Below are positions 18,986-29,426 of a stretch of 64,000 nucleotides of DNA, piece by piece. Location: the NCBI GenBank assembly GCA_965219445.1, contig CBDCNQ010000004.1, positions 96,001 through 160,000 on the forward strand, written 5' to 3'. The translations under genes were made by a program, and so were the position numbers. Position 1 is the first letter of the stretch; every line of letters starts with the position of its first letter. This stretch comes from Longimicrobiales bacterium. GTDB taxonomy: Bacteria > Gemmatimonadota > Gemmatimonadetes > Longimicrobiales > Gaopeijiaceae. A model generated the notes under the pieces. It was not told where the DNA came from, did not search any database, and saw only the letters and a list, made by a program, of their open reading frames with translations.

Positions 18986-21427
18986 ATGAAGCATCGCTCC
19001 CTGTATGTCGTTCTAGGCGTGGCGGCGATGGTCGCCTCTGGGTCAGATCCGGCGCGCGGGCAGGACCGCGAGGTCGTGGGCATCGGCGTCGTCGTTGACG
19101 GCCCGTGGGATCGAAACGACGAGATTCAAGATCGCTTCGAGCAAGAAATCATCGCGCTTCTTTCCGGCGATTTCGACGTACGGTTTCCTGACCAGGCACA
19201 GATCGACGGCGCCTGGACGATGGAGGGCGTGCGGAACGCGCTCGACAGGTTGCTCGAAGATCCGGATGTGGACCTGGTCCTCACCGTCGGCGTGCTCGGC
19301 TCGGTAGAGGCGGGACGTCGCGCGGTTCTCCTGAAGCCAGTCATCGCTCCCCTCGTCTGGAGCGCGAGACTGCAGGGGTTGCCCCTAACGGATAGCGGCA
19401 CGAGTGGCGTCACCAACTTGAACTACCTTGAACATCCCTCGTCATTCCCGAGGGACGTCGAGCTCTTCAGGGAGGTCGCACCGTTTCGGACGCTCGGCGT
19501 CCTGCGTGGTGAGGCGTACGTCTCGGGTGCTGCAGAGCTGTGGACGGGATTGGAGCAGGTCGCGGACAGCTTGGGGCAGGTCGCGGACAGCTTGGAGCTC
19601 GAGTTGGTGTCGGTCCCGGTATCGGCGTCGGCCGATTCGGCCCTCGCCGCGATTCCGCCGGACGTTGAGGCCGTGTATCTCTTCCCGTTGACCCAGCTCG
19701 ACCCGGGCCAGTTCGACGTGCTCGTCGAGGGCCTCATCGAACGGCGGCTGCCGAGCTTCTCGTTCTTGGGCGTCGAAGAGGTGGAGCGGGGCATCCTCCT
19801 CGGGCTCAGTCCCGAAACGTTCTGGGACCGGCTGGCGAGGAGAGTCGCCCTGAATGCTCAGCGAATCCTCCTCGGCGAGGACGCAGGGACTCTCTCCGTC
19901 GGCATTACATATGGCGAACGGATGACACTGAACATGCGGACGGCTGATGCGATCGGGATCTCGCCGTCGTGGGAGGTAGTCACCGAGGCCGATGCGATCG
20001 ACGACGCACCCGAAGAGGGGCCCCGGTTGACGCTTGCCGAAGCGGTACGTGGGGCGTTGGACGCCAACCTGGATTTGGAGGTCGAGGACCATGTGGTGGC
20101 CGCCGGCTCGAAAAACGTTGGATTGGCTCGTTCTCAACTCCTACCACAGCTCGACGTGTCCGCACTCACAACCTTCATCGACGCGGACCGAGCCGAGGCC
20201 AGCGTTGGCAGCCAGCCGCAGCGAGCCCTCGTTGGCGGCGTCACTGCGACGCAGCTCCTATTTTCCGAGCCAGCATGGGCGAGCCTGGCTATCCAAGATG
20301 ACGTGCAGCTCTCCCGGGAGGCTCAGCGGGATGCGCTCCGGCTCGACGTCATCTCCGAGGCGGCCACGGCGTACTTGAACGTGCTGCGCGCCAACACCTT
20401 CGAGCGGATCCAGCGGGAGAACCTCCGGCTCACACGCGCGAATCTCGAACGGGCTCGAGTCCGCCGGCTCATTGGGGTGGCGAGCCCGGCAGAAGAGTTC
20501 CGGTGGGAAAGCGAGATCGCACGGGGACGCAGCGCAACGATACAAGCGAACTCACACCGCAATGTCGTGGAGATCGCGCTCAACCAGGTGCGACATCGGC
20601 CGCTCGAGGAGCCGTTTTCGACGATGGAGGTGGGACTGGAGGATCCCTCCCTGCTCACGGCTGACACGCGCTTTTTCGACTACTTCGGCAATCGGGCCAT
20701 ATTCCGTGTTTTCCGCACTTTCATGACTCGTGAAGCCTTGGCCGCGGCACCCGAGCTCGAGGGCCTAATGGCGGCGATCGACGCACAGCGCCGCGTGCAA
20801 AGCTCCGCATCCAATAGCTTCTGGGCGCCCACCGTGGCGCTTCAGGCAAGCTTGACCGGCCGCCTGGCGGAGGGAGGAGCCGGGACGCAATTCAGCCCGC
20901 AGCTACCGCCGGGATCGCCCGATCTCTCCGGGTTGTTTCCCCAGGCCAACGACGTGAATCTGAGCCTGGGGCTCAATGTATCGTTGCCCGTCTTCTCGGG
21001 TGGAAGGCGCTTCTTGGAGCGCTCGCAGAGTTACGAAGAGGTCACCCGACTCGAGGTCCAGCAATCGGCAGTCGGCGAACGTGTCGAGCAGCGGATTCGT
21101 ACCGCTCTTCATTTCGCGGGCTCGAGCTACGCAGGCATCGGGCTTGCCCGCGAGGGAGCCGACGCCGCGCGCAACAACCTCGAGCTGGTGGGTGACGCGT
21201 ACGCGCAGGGCCTCGTTTCGATCATCGACCTTATCGATGCCCAAAACGCCTCGCTGGTAGCCGATCTCGGAGCCGCAACGGCGGTATACGATTTCCTCGT
21301 TGATTGGGTCGAAGCGGAGCGTGCCGTCGGGCGTTTCAGTCTTTTCATGACCGCCGCCGAAAAGGACGATTTCTTCGATCGGCTGGAGGCCTTTGTCGCC
21401 GCGAGCGGTGGCGACACGCAACGTTGA
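18986..21427 (+). CDS. TolC-family outer-membrane efflux protein fused to an N-terminal ABC-type substrate-binding-like domain
   Basis: Signal peptide; ~340-aa alpha/beta region ending TLNMRTADAIGI; then OEP repeats (LTLAEAV...ANLDL, ARSQLLPQLD, YAQGLVSIIDLIDAQ). Confidence 0.85.
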   Translation: MKHRSLYVVLGVAAMVASGSDPARGQDREVVGIGVVVDGPWDRNDEIQDRFEQEIIALLSGDFDVRFPDQAQIDGAWTMEGVRNALDRLLEDPDVDLVLTVGVLGSVEAGRRAVLLKPVIAPLVWSARLQGLPLTDSGTSGVTNLNYLEHPSSFPRDVELFREVAPFRTLGVLRGEAYVSGAAELWTGLEQVADSLGQVADSLELELVSVPVSASADSALAAIPPDVEAVYLFPLTQLDPGQFDVLVEGLIERRLPSFSFLGVEEVERGILLGLSPETFWDRLARRVALNAQRILLGEDAGTLSVGITYGERMTLNMRTADAIGISPSWEVVTEADAIDDAPEEGPRLTLAEAVRGALDANLDLEVEDHVVAAGSKNVGLARSQLLPQLDVSALTTFIDADRAEASVGSQPQRALVGGVTATQLLFSEPAWASLAIQDDVQLSREAQRDALRLDVISEAATAYLNVLRANTFERIQRENLRLTRANLERARVRRLIGVASPAEEFRWESEIARGRSATIQANSHRNVVEIALNQVRHRPLEEPFSTMEVGLEDPSLLTADTRFFDYFGNRAIFRVFRTFMTREALAAAPELEGLMAAIDAQRRVQSSASNSFWAPTVALQASLTGRLAEGGAGTQFSPQLPPGSPDLSGLFPQANDVNLSLGLNVSLPVFSGGRRFLERSQSYEEVTRLEVQQSAVGERVEQRIRTALHFAGSSYAGIGLAREGADAARNNLELVGDAYAQGLVSIIDLIDAQNASLVADLGAATAVYDFLVDWVEAERAVGRFSLFMTAAEKDDFFDRLEAFVAASGGDTQR

Positions 21428-21449
21428 CCCGGACTGAGTGGGTAATGCT

Positions 21450-22562
21450 ATGAGACTACCAAACCGGTTGCTTCGGATCTGTGGGACCGCAGCTATGGTG
21501 CTGCCCGTCGGCTGTGGCGGTGATGCACCGACCGTCGAGGTCCTACGTCCCGTGCGGTACGCCCAGGTCTTCTCTACGGGTGGCACTCGCGAGCGCACCT
21601 TCTCGGGTACAGCCCAGGCGCGCGTCGAGTCGCGTTTGAGCTTCCGGGTTGCTGGGGCGATCCAGCAGATGCCGGTGGACGTGGGCGATGCGGTGGAGGT
21701 AGGGCAGCTCATTGCTGAGCTCGACCCGGCGGACTATCGGCTACAGCGCGAGGAGGCGGATGCCGCCGTTGACCGCGCCAGTGCAGAGGCGCGCAACGCC
21801 GAGGCCAACTTGGAGCGGGTTCGACAGCTCTACGAGAACGGCAACGCTTCCCTAAACGATCTGGATGCCGCGCGTTCTGGGTCCGAAACGGCGGCCGCGC
21901 AAGTGCAGGCCAGCGTGAACCGGCGGGACGGGGCGCGGCTGCAGTTGAGTTACACGCGGCTCGGCGCACCTGCAGAAGGTCGCATCTCTTCGGTCGACGT
22001 CGAGGTCAACGAGAATGTGAGGGCCGGTCAGATCGTTGCGGTGCTCACGTCGGAATCCGAGCTCGAGGTGCAGGTCGCCGTCCCCGAGGTGCTCATCTCG
22101 CTCGTCCGTGAGGGGGCCAACGTAAGCGTCACGTTCGATGCGCTGCCCGACCGCTCGTTTGTGGCGGTGGTAACCGAGGTGGGCGTTACCGCGGGTGGGT
22201 TGGCCACCACGTTCCCAGTCACTGTCCGACTCGACCGCACGGTGGAGGGGCTCAGACCTGGGATGGCGGCCGAGGTGCTGTTCCGATTCGAATCCACCGA
22301 CCGACGGGGGCGGGTGATTGTGCCTCTCGTGGCAGTCGGAGAAGATCGAGATGGCCGGTTCGTTTTCGTGGTTCAACGTTTCGACTCCATCACGGGTGTC
22401 GTGTTGCGGCGACCGGTGACTGTAGGTGAGCTCACGACGGACGAGGGCTTCGAGATCATCGAGGGACTCGTCGATGAGGAACTCGTTGTGACGGCCGGCG
22501 TCACCCGCATTAGGGACAGTATGCGGGTCAGTCTGCCCCTCCCCGCGGGAGAGGGATCATGA
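21450..22562 (+). CDS. RND efflux periplasmic adaptor (MFP), probable lipoprotein
   Basis: LPVGC lipobox-like, LSFRVAG, VDVGDAVEVGQLIAELD, YTRLGAP, LRPGMAA. Confidence 0.92.
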   Translation: MRLPNRLLRICGTAAMVLPVGCGGDAPTVEVLRPVRYAQVFSTGGTRERTFSGTAQARVESRLSFRVAGAIQQMPVDVGDAVEVGQLIAELDPADYRLQREEADAAVDRASAEARNAEANLERVRQLYENGNASLNDLDAARSGSETAAAQVQASVNRRDGARLQLSYTRLGAPAEGRISSVDVEVNENVRAGQIVAVLTSESELEVQVAVPEVLISLVREGANVSVTFDALPDRSFVAVVTEVGVTAGGLATTFPVTVRLDRTVEGLRPGMAAEVLFRFESTDRRGRVIVPLVAVGEDRDGRFVFVVQRFDSITGVVLRRPVTVGELTTDEGFEIIEGLVDEELVVTAGVTRIRDSMRVSLPLPAGEGS

Positions 22563-25500
22563 ACGTCACCCGGGCAGCCATCGAGCGGAACCGCGTCACG
22601 ACCGCGCTGCTCATTCTGCTGCTGGTGAGCGGCGGATTCACCTACATGACCATGCCGAGGGCGGAGGATCCGGGTTTCGTCGTCCGCACGGCGGTCGTCA
22701 TTACGTTCTTCCCGGGCGCCAGCCCGGAGCGCGTCGAGCTGCTGGTCACCGACAAGATTGAGAAGGTGGTTCAAGAGATTCCCGAGCTGGACTACGTCAC
22801 CTCCCAATCGACGACGGGCACGTCGATCGTGTGGGCGGAGATCCAACCGAGCTACAAAGAGATGCGCCCGATCTGGGACGACCTCAGACGGAAAGTGGAA
22901 CGGGCGGCTCCTGATCTGCCGGAGGGTATCATCGGGCCGGTGGTGAACGACGAGTTTGGTGACGTCTTCGGAACCATCATCGCCATCACGGGCGATGACG
23001 AGGACTACTCCTACGCCGAGCTCAAGGATGTCGCCGACGATGTGCGCGACGAGCTGCTCAGTATCGGCGAAGTGGCCAAGGTCGAGATCTACGGTGCGCA
23101 AGAAGAGCGCGTGTTCGTCGAATACAACAACGCGCGATTGGCGGAGGTGGGCATTTCGCCGTTTCAGCTGCAGGCGATTCTCGAATCCCGCAACATCATC
23201 ATCCCGGGTGGCGCCATCACAACCAGCGCCGAGCGGATTGCACTTGAGCCTTCCGGTAATTTCGAAAGCGTGGACGACCTCCGGAGCAGCGTCATTCACC
23301 TGCCGGGAAGCAACGACGTCATCGCCCTGCAGGACATCGCCACGGTGCGCCGCGGCTATGTAGATCCACCGCAGACCATGACGAGGGCGTCCGGGCTCCC
23401 CGCGCTGGCGTTGGCGATCTCGCTGCGGGAAGGCGGCAACATCATCTCGCTGGGTGAACAGTTCATGCCGGTGTTCGAGCGTGTGAAGGCCTCGTATCCC
23501 ATCGGGATCGAGTTCGACCTCGTCGCCTACCAGCCGGACGTCGTCGACCGGAAGATCAACGAATTCGTACAGAATCTGCTCCAGGCCATCGGCGTGATCA
23601 TTTTGGTCATGCTGATCACGTTGGGAATTCGCACCGGCCTCGTCGTCTCGACACTGATCCCCATGACGATCCTGACCTCGCTTCTGATCATGCCGGTATT
23701 CGGCGTCGGGCTTCACCAGATGTCGCTGGCGGCGTTGATCATCGCCCTGGGCATCATGGTGGATAACGCCATCGTCATGTCCGAGTCGATCATGGTGCGA
23801 CTGGCTGAGGGTCGGAATCGCCTCGAGGCGGTCGTGGAGTCTGCCACGGAGCTCCGGATCCCGCTCCTTACCGCGTCGCTCACGACGGCAGCAGCGTTCC
23901 TGCCGATGTATCTCGCCGAATCGACGGCCGGGGAGTACGTGGGATCAATCTTCATCGTCATCACGATCACGCTGCTCAGCTCATGGGTGCTCTCTCTGAC
24001 GATGATTCCGATGTTCAGCTTCCTGTTCCTCAAGGTGAAGAAGGGGGAATCCGCAGACAGGTACGAATCGGGCGTCTACCGGCGATACCGAGGGTTGCTG
24101 GTGGCGGTGCTCAAACACCGCACGTTGAGTCTTGCCGGGACGGTCGGTTTGTTCGCGGTGGCGATGTTCATGTTTGGGTTCGTACCGAACATCTTCTTTC
24201 CCCCCTCCGACCGCCTGATGGTTCAGGGAGAGATCAAGCTTCCGGTGGGCACGCCCATCGAGCACACCGAACAAGTGGCTATAGAGGTGGAGCGCTTCAT
24301 TCAAGACTCGCTCATCGCGACGGCGGACCGCCCAGGAGGCGTCACCAACTGGGCCACCTTCGTGGGCGAAGGCGCGCCCAGGTATATGCTCCCGTACAAC
24401 CGCGAGTTGGCCAGTCCCGAGTACGCGTTCATGATGATCAACGTGAATGGGCTGTCGGCCATCCCAACGACGATCTCGCGTTTGGAGCAGTTTGCGCAGC
24501 GAACGCTTCCGGATGCGATAACGAAGTTCGCAGCTCCACCCCTCGGTCCACCTGTGAACTCACCCATCGAGGTTCGGATTTCGGGACGGGATACGGATGT
24601 GCTCTTCGGGCTCGTGGATCAGGTCAAAGCGCAGCTGGCCAGCGTCGGCGGCACTCGGAACATCACCGATGATTGGGGACAACGCACCAAGAAGCTGCTG
24701 GTAAACGTCAACGAGCCGCGTGCGCGGCGTGCGGGTGTCTCGAGTCGTGATGTTGCCGTGTCCCTTCAGACAGCGTTTTCCGGCTTCCCCACCACCCAGT
24801 ATCGGGAAGAAGACAAGATCATCCCAGTTACTCTTCGCTCGGTGGAAGCAGATCGGAACGATCTGGGGAAGATCGAGAGCCTGAACGTCTATGCCCAAGC
24901 GACCGGCCGGACCGTGCCCCTGAAGCAGGTTGCCGACGTCGAGGTGGTGTGGCAACCGTCCAAGATCCTGCGGCGGGATCGCTTTAGGACGGTGGCGGTG
25001 CTGGCGGACGTAGAGCGTGGCGTAACCGCCGCCGAGGTGAACGCCCAACTCGTGCCGTGGCTCCAGGACGAGAGCGCGGAATGGGCTCTGGGGTACCGCT
25101 ACGAGATCGGCGGTGAAGCGGAAGAAGCCCGCACGTCACAGGCCTCGATCAATGTGAAAATGCCCATCATGATGCTCATCATCGTGCTCCTGCTGGTCGC
25201 CCAATTCAACTCATTCCGACGGCCGTTGATCATCCTGCTCACGATTCCGCTCGGACTGATCGGCGTGGTATTCGGATTACTCGTGACCCGCTCGTACTTC
25301 GGGTTCATGACCCTTCTTGGGGTCTTTGCGCTTGCAGGCATCGTGATCAACAACGCCATAGTGCTCATCGATCGTATTCGGATCGAGATCGACGAAAACG
25401 GCCTCCATCCCGCACGCGCCGTGATCGAAGCGGCGCAACGCCGACTGCGACCGATTCTGTTGACGACGGCGACCACAGCGGCGGGGTTGCTTCCGCTCTG

Positions 25501-25669
25501 GTATGGAGGTGGACCCATGTGGAAGCCCATGGCCATCGCGATCATCTTCGGGCTCTTGTTCGCCACCGTGCTAACGTTGGGCTTCGTGCCGCTGCTCTAC
25601 TCTCTTTTCTTTCGTGTGAGCTTCAAGGGATTCGCGTACGATGCGGTGGAGGCGTCGGACGCACACTGA
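22559..25669 (+). CDS. RND efflux permease (AcrB/AcrD/AcrF family)
   Basis: 1036 aa; FPGASPERVE, GIMVDNAIV, GIVINNAIVLID, RLRPILLT. Confidence 0.95.
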   Translation: MNVTRAAIERNRVTTALLILLLVSGGFTYMTMPRAEDPGFVVRTAVVITFFPGASPERVELLVTDKIEKVVQEIPELDYVTSQSTTGTSIVWAEIQPSYKEMRPIWDDLRRKVERAAPDLPEGIIGPVVNDEFGDVFGTIIAITGDDEDYSYAELKDVADDVRDELLSIGEVAKVEIYGAQEERVFVEYNNARLAEVGISPFQLQAILESRNIIIPGGAITTSAERIALEPSGNFESVDDLRSSVIHLPGSNDVIALQDIATVRRGYVDPPQTMTRASGLPALALAISLREGGNIISLGEQFMPVFERVKASYPIGIEFDLVAYQPDVVDRKINEFVQNLLQAIGVIILVMLITLGIRTGLVVSTLIPMTILTSLLIMPVFGVGLHQMSLAALIIALGIMVDNAIVMSESIMVRLAEGRNRLEAVVESATELRIPLLTASLTTAAAFLPMYLAESTAGEYVGSIFIVITITLLSSWVLSLTMIPMFSFLFLKVKKGESADRYESGVYRRYRGLLVAVLKHRTLSLAGTVGLFAVAMFMFGFVPNIFFPPSDRLMVQGEIKLPVGTPIEHTEQVAIEVERFIQDSLIATADRPGGVTNWATFVGEGAPRYMLPYNRELASPEYAFMMINVNGLSAIPTTISRLEQFAQRTLPDAITKFAAPPLGPPVNSPIEVRISGRDTDVLFGLVDQVKAQLASVGGTRNITDDWGQRTKKLLVNVNEPRARRAGVSSRDVAVSLQTAFSGFPTTQYREEDKIIPVTLRSVEADRNDLGKIESLNVYAQATGRTVPLKQVADVEVVWQPSKILRRDRFRTVAVLADVERGVTAAEVNAQLVPWLQDESAEWALGYRYEIGGEAEEARTSQASINVKMPIMMLIIVLLLVAQFNSFRRPLIILLTIPLGLIGVVFGLLVTRSYFGFMTLLGVFALAGIVINNAIVLIDRIRIEIDENGLHPARAVIEAAQRRLRPILLTTATTAAGLLPLWYGGGPMWKPMAIAIIFGLLFATVLTLGFVPLLYSLFFRVSFKGFAYDAVEASDAH

Positions 25670-25762
25670 CGTGAGACGGTCGCGGGGGAAGTCTTGGTCC
25701 CTTGGCGACGATGGCGAGTTACCGTGCAAGGGAGTTTCGTGAGCTAGGAAGGAGTCAATCGC

Positions 25763-26647
25763 ATGGCCGACGACACGAAAATCTCAGCGACGTTCCCGTT
25801 CGAGTCGAAGTTCATCGAGGTCGAGGGATCGAAGATCCACTACGTCGAGGAGGGGACTGGCGACCCGATCCTCTTCCTCCACGGCAACCCGACATCGTCC
25901 TACCTCTGGCGAAATATCATCCCGTACGCAGCCGAGATAGGCCGGGCGATCGCGCCGGATTTGATCGGGATGGGGAAGTCGGACAAGCCGGACATCGAGT
26001 ACCGCTTCTTTGACCACGTGCGGTACATCGAAGGCTTCATCGAGGCGCTCGGCCTCCAAAGCATCACGCTTGTCATCCACGACTGGGGATCGGGCCTCGG
26101 CTTCCACTACGCGAGTCGACACGAGGGCAACACGAAGGGCGTCGCCTTCATGGAGGCGATCCTGCCGATACCGAGCTGGGACGCTTTCCCGGAGGCAGGC
26201 CGGGACATGTTCAAGTCGTTTCGCACGAAGGACGTCGGCGAGGACTTGCTGATGAACAAGAACATGTTTGTCGAGAACGTGCTGCCCGCCTTCGTGGTAC
26301 GGCCGCTGACCGACGAGGAGATGGACTACTACCGAGAGCCGTACAAGGAAGAGGCCTCGCGCAAGCCGGTCTGGCGCTGGCCCAATGAGTTACCAATCGA
26401 GGGCGAGCCGCCCGACGTCTGGGAAGCGGCGGAGGCGTATCACGAATGGCTCCAGCGGACCGAGCTGTCGAAGATCCTGTTTCACGCCACGCCTGGCGCG
26501 CTCATGTCGGCAACGTTGGTGGAATCGTTAACATCGACGCTGAAGAACCTGAAGACGGTGAACATTGGCCCGGGCACGCATTTCGTGCAGGAGGACAACC
26601 CGCACAAGATCGGCCGGGAGCTGGCCAAGTGGTATCAAGGCCTGTAG
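25763..26647 (+). CDS. Haloalkane dehalogenase (DhaA/LinB-like)
   Basis: FLHGNPTSSYLWRNIIP, APDLIGMGKSDKP, IHDWG nucleophile, MEAI acid, WPNELPI, HFVQED base. Confidence 0.93.
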   Translation: MADDTKISATFPFESKFIEVEGSKIHYVEEGTGDPILFLHGNPTSSYLWRNIIPYAAEIGRAIAPDLIGMGKSDKPDIEYRFFDHVRYIEGFIEALGLQSITLVIHDWGSGLGFHYASRHEGNTKGVAFMEAILPIPSWDAFPEAGRDMFKSFRTKDVGEDLLMNKNMFVENVLPAFVVRPLTDEEMDYYREPYKEEASRKPVWRWPNELPIEGEPPDVWEAAEAYHEWLQRTELSKILFHATPGALMSATLVESLTSTLKNLKTVNIGPGTHFVQEDNPHKIGRELAKWYQGL

Positions 26648-26675
26648 AGCAGCTACATCTTCACGGAGGACTACC

Positions 26676-27218
26676 ATGGCTGACGTGCTAACCCTTGTCG
26701 ATCGCAACCTCGAGTTCGCCGGCAGCTTCGACCAGGGGGACTTGGCCATCCTGCCCCGCCTGTCGACACTGGTCCTGACCTGTCTCGACTCCCGAGTCGA
26801 CCCGGCGCACTTTTTCGGTCTCGAGTTGGGCGATGCCGTCGTGATGCGTAACATCGGTGGGCGAGTTACCGACGAGGTCATCGAGCACATCGCGATTCTC
26901 CGGGCGCTGGCCGGGCTCGTCGGGGGCGGTGCCCTCGAGGTGGCGATCGTCCATCACACCGATTGTGGGGCCAGCCGCTTCGCCAACCCTGAGGTTAGAC
27001 AGAGGTTGGGCCAAGCCGCCGGAACCGCCGAGGCAGCGATCGAGAGGCTTGCCATCGCCGACCCGCACACCAGCGTAGCCGAGGACCTCGACCGGCTCCG
27101 GGCGGCGCCGATCCTACCGGACGACCTCGTCGTTGCTGGCTACGTCTATGACGTCACCGACGGGCACCTGCACGAGGCCTCCGGGCCGGGCTCGCTGCGC
27201 GAAGGGGCACGATCATGA
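26676..27218 (+). CDS. Beta-class carbonic anhydrase family protein
   Basis: CLDSR, RNIGGRV and HHTDCG zinc ligands, GYVYDV. Confidence 0.9.
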   Translation: MADVLTLVDRNLEFAGSFDQGDLAILPRLSTLVLTCLDSRVDPAHFFGLELGDAVVMRNIGGRVTDEVIEHIAILRALAGLVGGGALEVAIVHHTDCGASRFANPEVRQRLGQAAGTAEAAIERLAIADPHTSVAEDLDRLRAAPILPDDLVVAGYVYDVTDGHLHEASGPGSLREGARS

Positions 27219-27269
27219 AGGCCACGACGGGCCGCGTTTCTCCGAAGGGGGCCCGCCGGCCCGTCTCTC

Positions 27270-27781
27270 TTAGTCGGCCCCGACCGCTTCGTACGCGTCT
27301 CCGGACTGTTCGATCGCCTCAACGGCTTCCTCCGTTGTGACCACCGCATTAGCGATGAACTTGAAGTTGGTTATCGCAGCAGCATAGCCATCGCCCAGAT
27401 CGGGCGTGATCGCAGCGGCGGTGGCGTCCCTCACGACCATCACTTCGAACCCCTGCTCCAAGAGCTCCCGCAGGTGGGACTCGACACACAGGTTGGCCGA
27501 CATGCCGCATAGGACCAGCCTTCCGATGCCGCGCTTGCGGAGCTGCAGGATCAGGTCGTTGTTCTCTGGCCCATAGACCTTGTGGGGACTCGCCACAACG
27601 GTTTGGCCGTCGTTGATGTAGGGTTTGTAGACCTCCAGCCAGTCGGCCCCCGAGCCGTCGAAGTCCCGTTCTCGGTCACGCTCTGGCCGACGATGTCCCA
27701 GGTCGCCCCTTCGGGACTCAGAAAGTCGTTCTGGGGATCCGTGATCAGCAGTGCCGTGTCTTGTGGGTTGATCTCAATCAT
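27270..27781 (-). pseudogene. Isochorismatase/cysteine hydrolase with an internal deletion and frameshift
   Basis: DTALLITDPQNDFLS...VTENGT jumps out of frame at ~27665 into FDGSGADWL...SPHKVYGPENND...GMSANLCVESH. AGGAGG RBS. Confidence 0.8.
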
Positions 27782-27983
27782 TGTCCACCTCCTGTCCGGT
27801 TTGACTGCGTCGTTGGCGTCCCCAGCCCGTAAGAATGACACCTAGAGGGAAGGACCGTGATCCTCGATCGTCCCCCCACCTCTCGCCATTATCATAAGCC
27901 TCACGGTCGCCAGCGCCATATTTGCATCGCGCCCCGGAGTCGCACGCTGACCGAGTTGCCTACGCAGCCAGCGTGCAGTTCCT

Positions 27984-29390
27984 TCAGCTGGGTTCGGGAG
28001 AGCTTCTGCTGACGGGTAATCGTACGCACATGACCGTCTCCCCGGGTTTCGACTTGACCTCGATGTGACCCTGGTGGGTCCCCACGATTCGCATCGCGAT
28101 CCCAAGGCCGAGTCCGGTGCCGACGCCGACCTCCTTGGTCGTAAAGAATGGCTCGAAGACATGGGAGCGGATCTCCTCCGGAATACCCGGCCCGTCATCG
28201 ACGACCTCGACCTCGACCCAAAGATCCTTGAGCCTCGTCTCGAGGATAAGCTCGCCACCCTCGTCCATCGCGTCGATCGCGTTGTCGATGATGTTGGTCC
28301 ATACCTGGTTGAGCTCGCCGGCGTTGGCCGGTACTAGGGGTAAGTCCTCTTGGTATTCGCGTACCAACCGGATCGACTTCTCTTTGAGCTTGTGGCTGAG
28401 CATCTGGATCGTGTTATCGAGGCCCAGACGCACGTCGGTGGGCTTGTGCTCATGGGACCGGTCCATGTGGGAGTAAGTCTTGATGGATGCGACCAGGTCG
28501 GAGATGCGTCCGGCAGCCGCCTTGATCTCCTCCACGATCCGGTCGGAATCGATTCCCCCACTCAACCACGCAAACACATCCGGTAGCGCCGCTTCGGGCA
28601 CGTCGCTGGCTACGTCCTCGAGGTCTCCGAGGCTCAGATTCGCCTCGCTGAAGGTCGCGGCCACCTCCCAGGGTTCGGCCACGCCGCGATCCTCCAACCA
28701 TGCGAGCATATCGTCCTCGCGCTCGCTGCGCTCGAGCGCCGTGGCCGTGGATACCTCACTCTGCCTGCCCAGGCTCCGAAGCTGCTCAAGCTTCACCAAT
28801 CCCTGCTCATTCACGTGGTGGCGCACGAGCGCGGTCACGAGCGCGGGAAGCTTCGCCCGGTGCTCGGAGAGCATGGAGGCCGCCCGGCGGACCGCCGCCG
28901 CCGGATTGTTCAGCTCGTGCGCAAGGCCGGCCGACAATCGCCCCAGGGCTATCATCTTTTCGCCCTGCTGTTCTAGCCGCACGTCGCCACGCACTCGATC
29001 CGACATCTGGGCCACGAGCCTACGGCCGAGCTCTGGGCTGACATCGAGCAACTGCTTGAACAGCGACGCCTCGAGTCGAAGAACCTCAGTGGGCTCCGCG
29101 GAGACCGTGTGCCGAGGATAGTGGGTCATCCTCGAGAACGGGAGCATGCCCGTTACCTTCCCTCTGACGGTGGTCGCCACGAGCAGCCACTGGCCTCCGA
29201 TCTCCTCGAAGCCCTGGATCACTCCTTTGACCACGATCCAGAGCGCGTCCGCAGGCTGACCACGATCGAACATGCGATCCCCGGACCCGAGCGTAATCCT
29301 CTCACCGTGCTCGCAGAGCCAATCCAGCTCCTCATCAGAGAGGCCCTCGAGAATGGTCAGCGGCCGTAACTCGTCCCTGATGAACTTCAT
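27984..29390 (-). CDS. Sensor histidine kinase with an N-terminal cyclic-nucleotide-binding domain
   Basis: cNMP-like N-terminus; LAHELNNP H-box, [31 protein letters not shown]. Confidence 0.93.
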   Translation of the reverse strand: MKFIRDELRPLTILEGLSDEELDWLCEHGERITLGSGDRMFDRGQPADALWIVVKGVIQGFEEIGGQWLLVATTVRGKVTGMLPFSRMTHYPRHTVSAEPTEVLRLEASLFKQLLDVSPELGRRLVAQMSDRVRGDVRLEQQGEKMIALGRLSAGLAHELNNPAAAVRRAASMLSEHRAKLPALVTALVRHHVNEQGLVKLEQLRSLGRQSEVSTATALERSEREDDMLAWLEDRGVAEPWEVAATFSEANLSLGDLEDVASDVPEAALPDVFAWLSGGIDSDRIVEEIKAAAGRISDLVASIKTYSHMDRSHEHKPTDVRLGLDNTIQMLSHKLKEKSIRLVREYQEDLPLVPANAGELNQVWTNIIDNAIDAMDEGGELILETRLKDLWVEVEVVDDGPGIPEEIRSHVFEPFFTTKEVGVGTGLGLGIAMRIVGTHQGHIEVKSKPGETVMCVRLPVSRSSPEPS

Positions 29391-29426
29391 GCTCGTGGCG
29401 TTGAGCGCATCGCACTTAAGCGGGGT

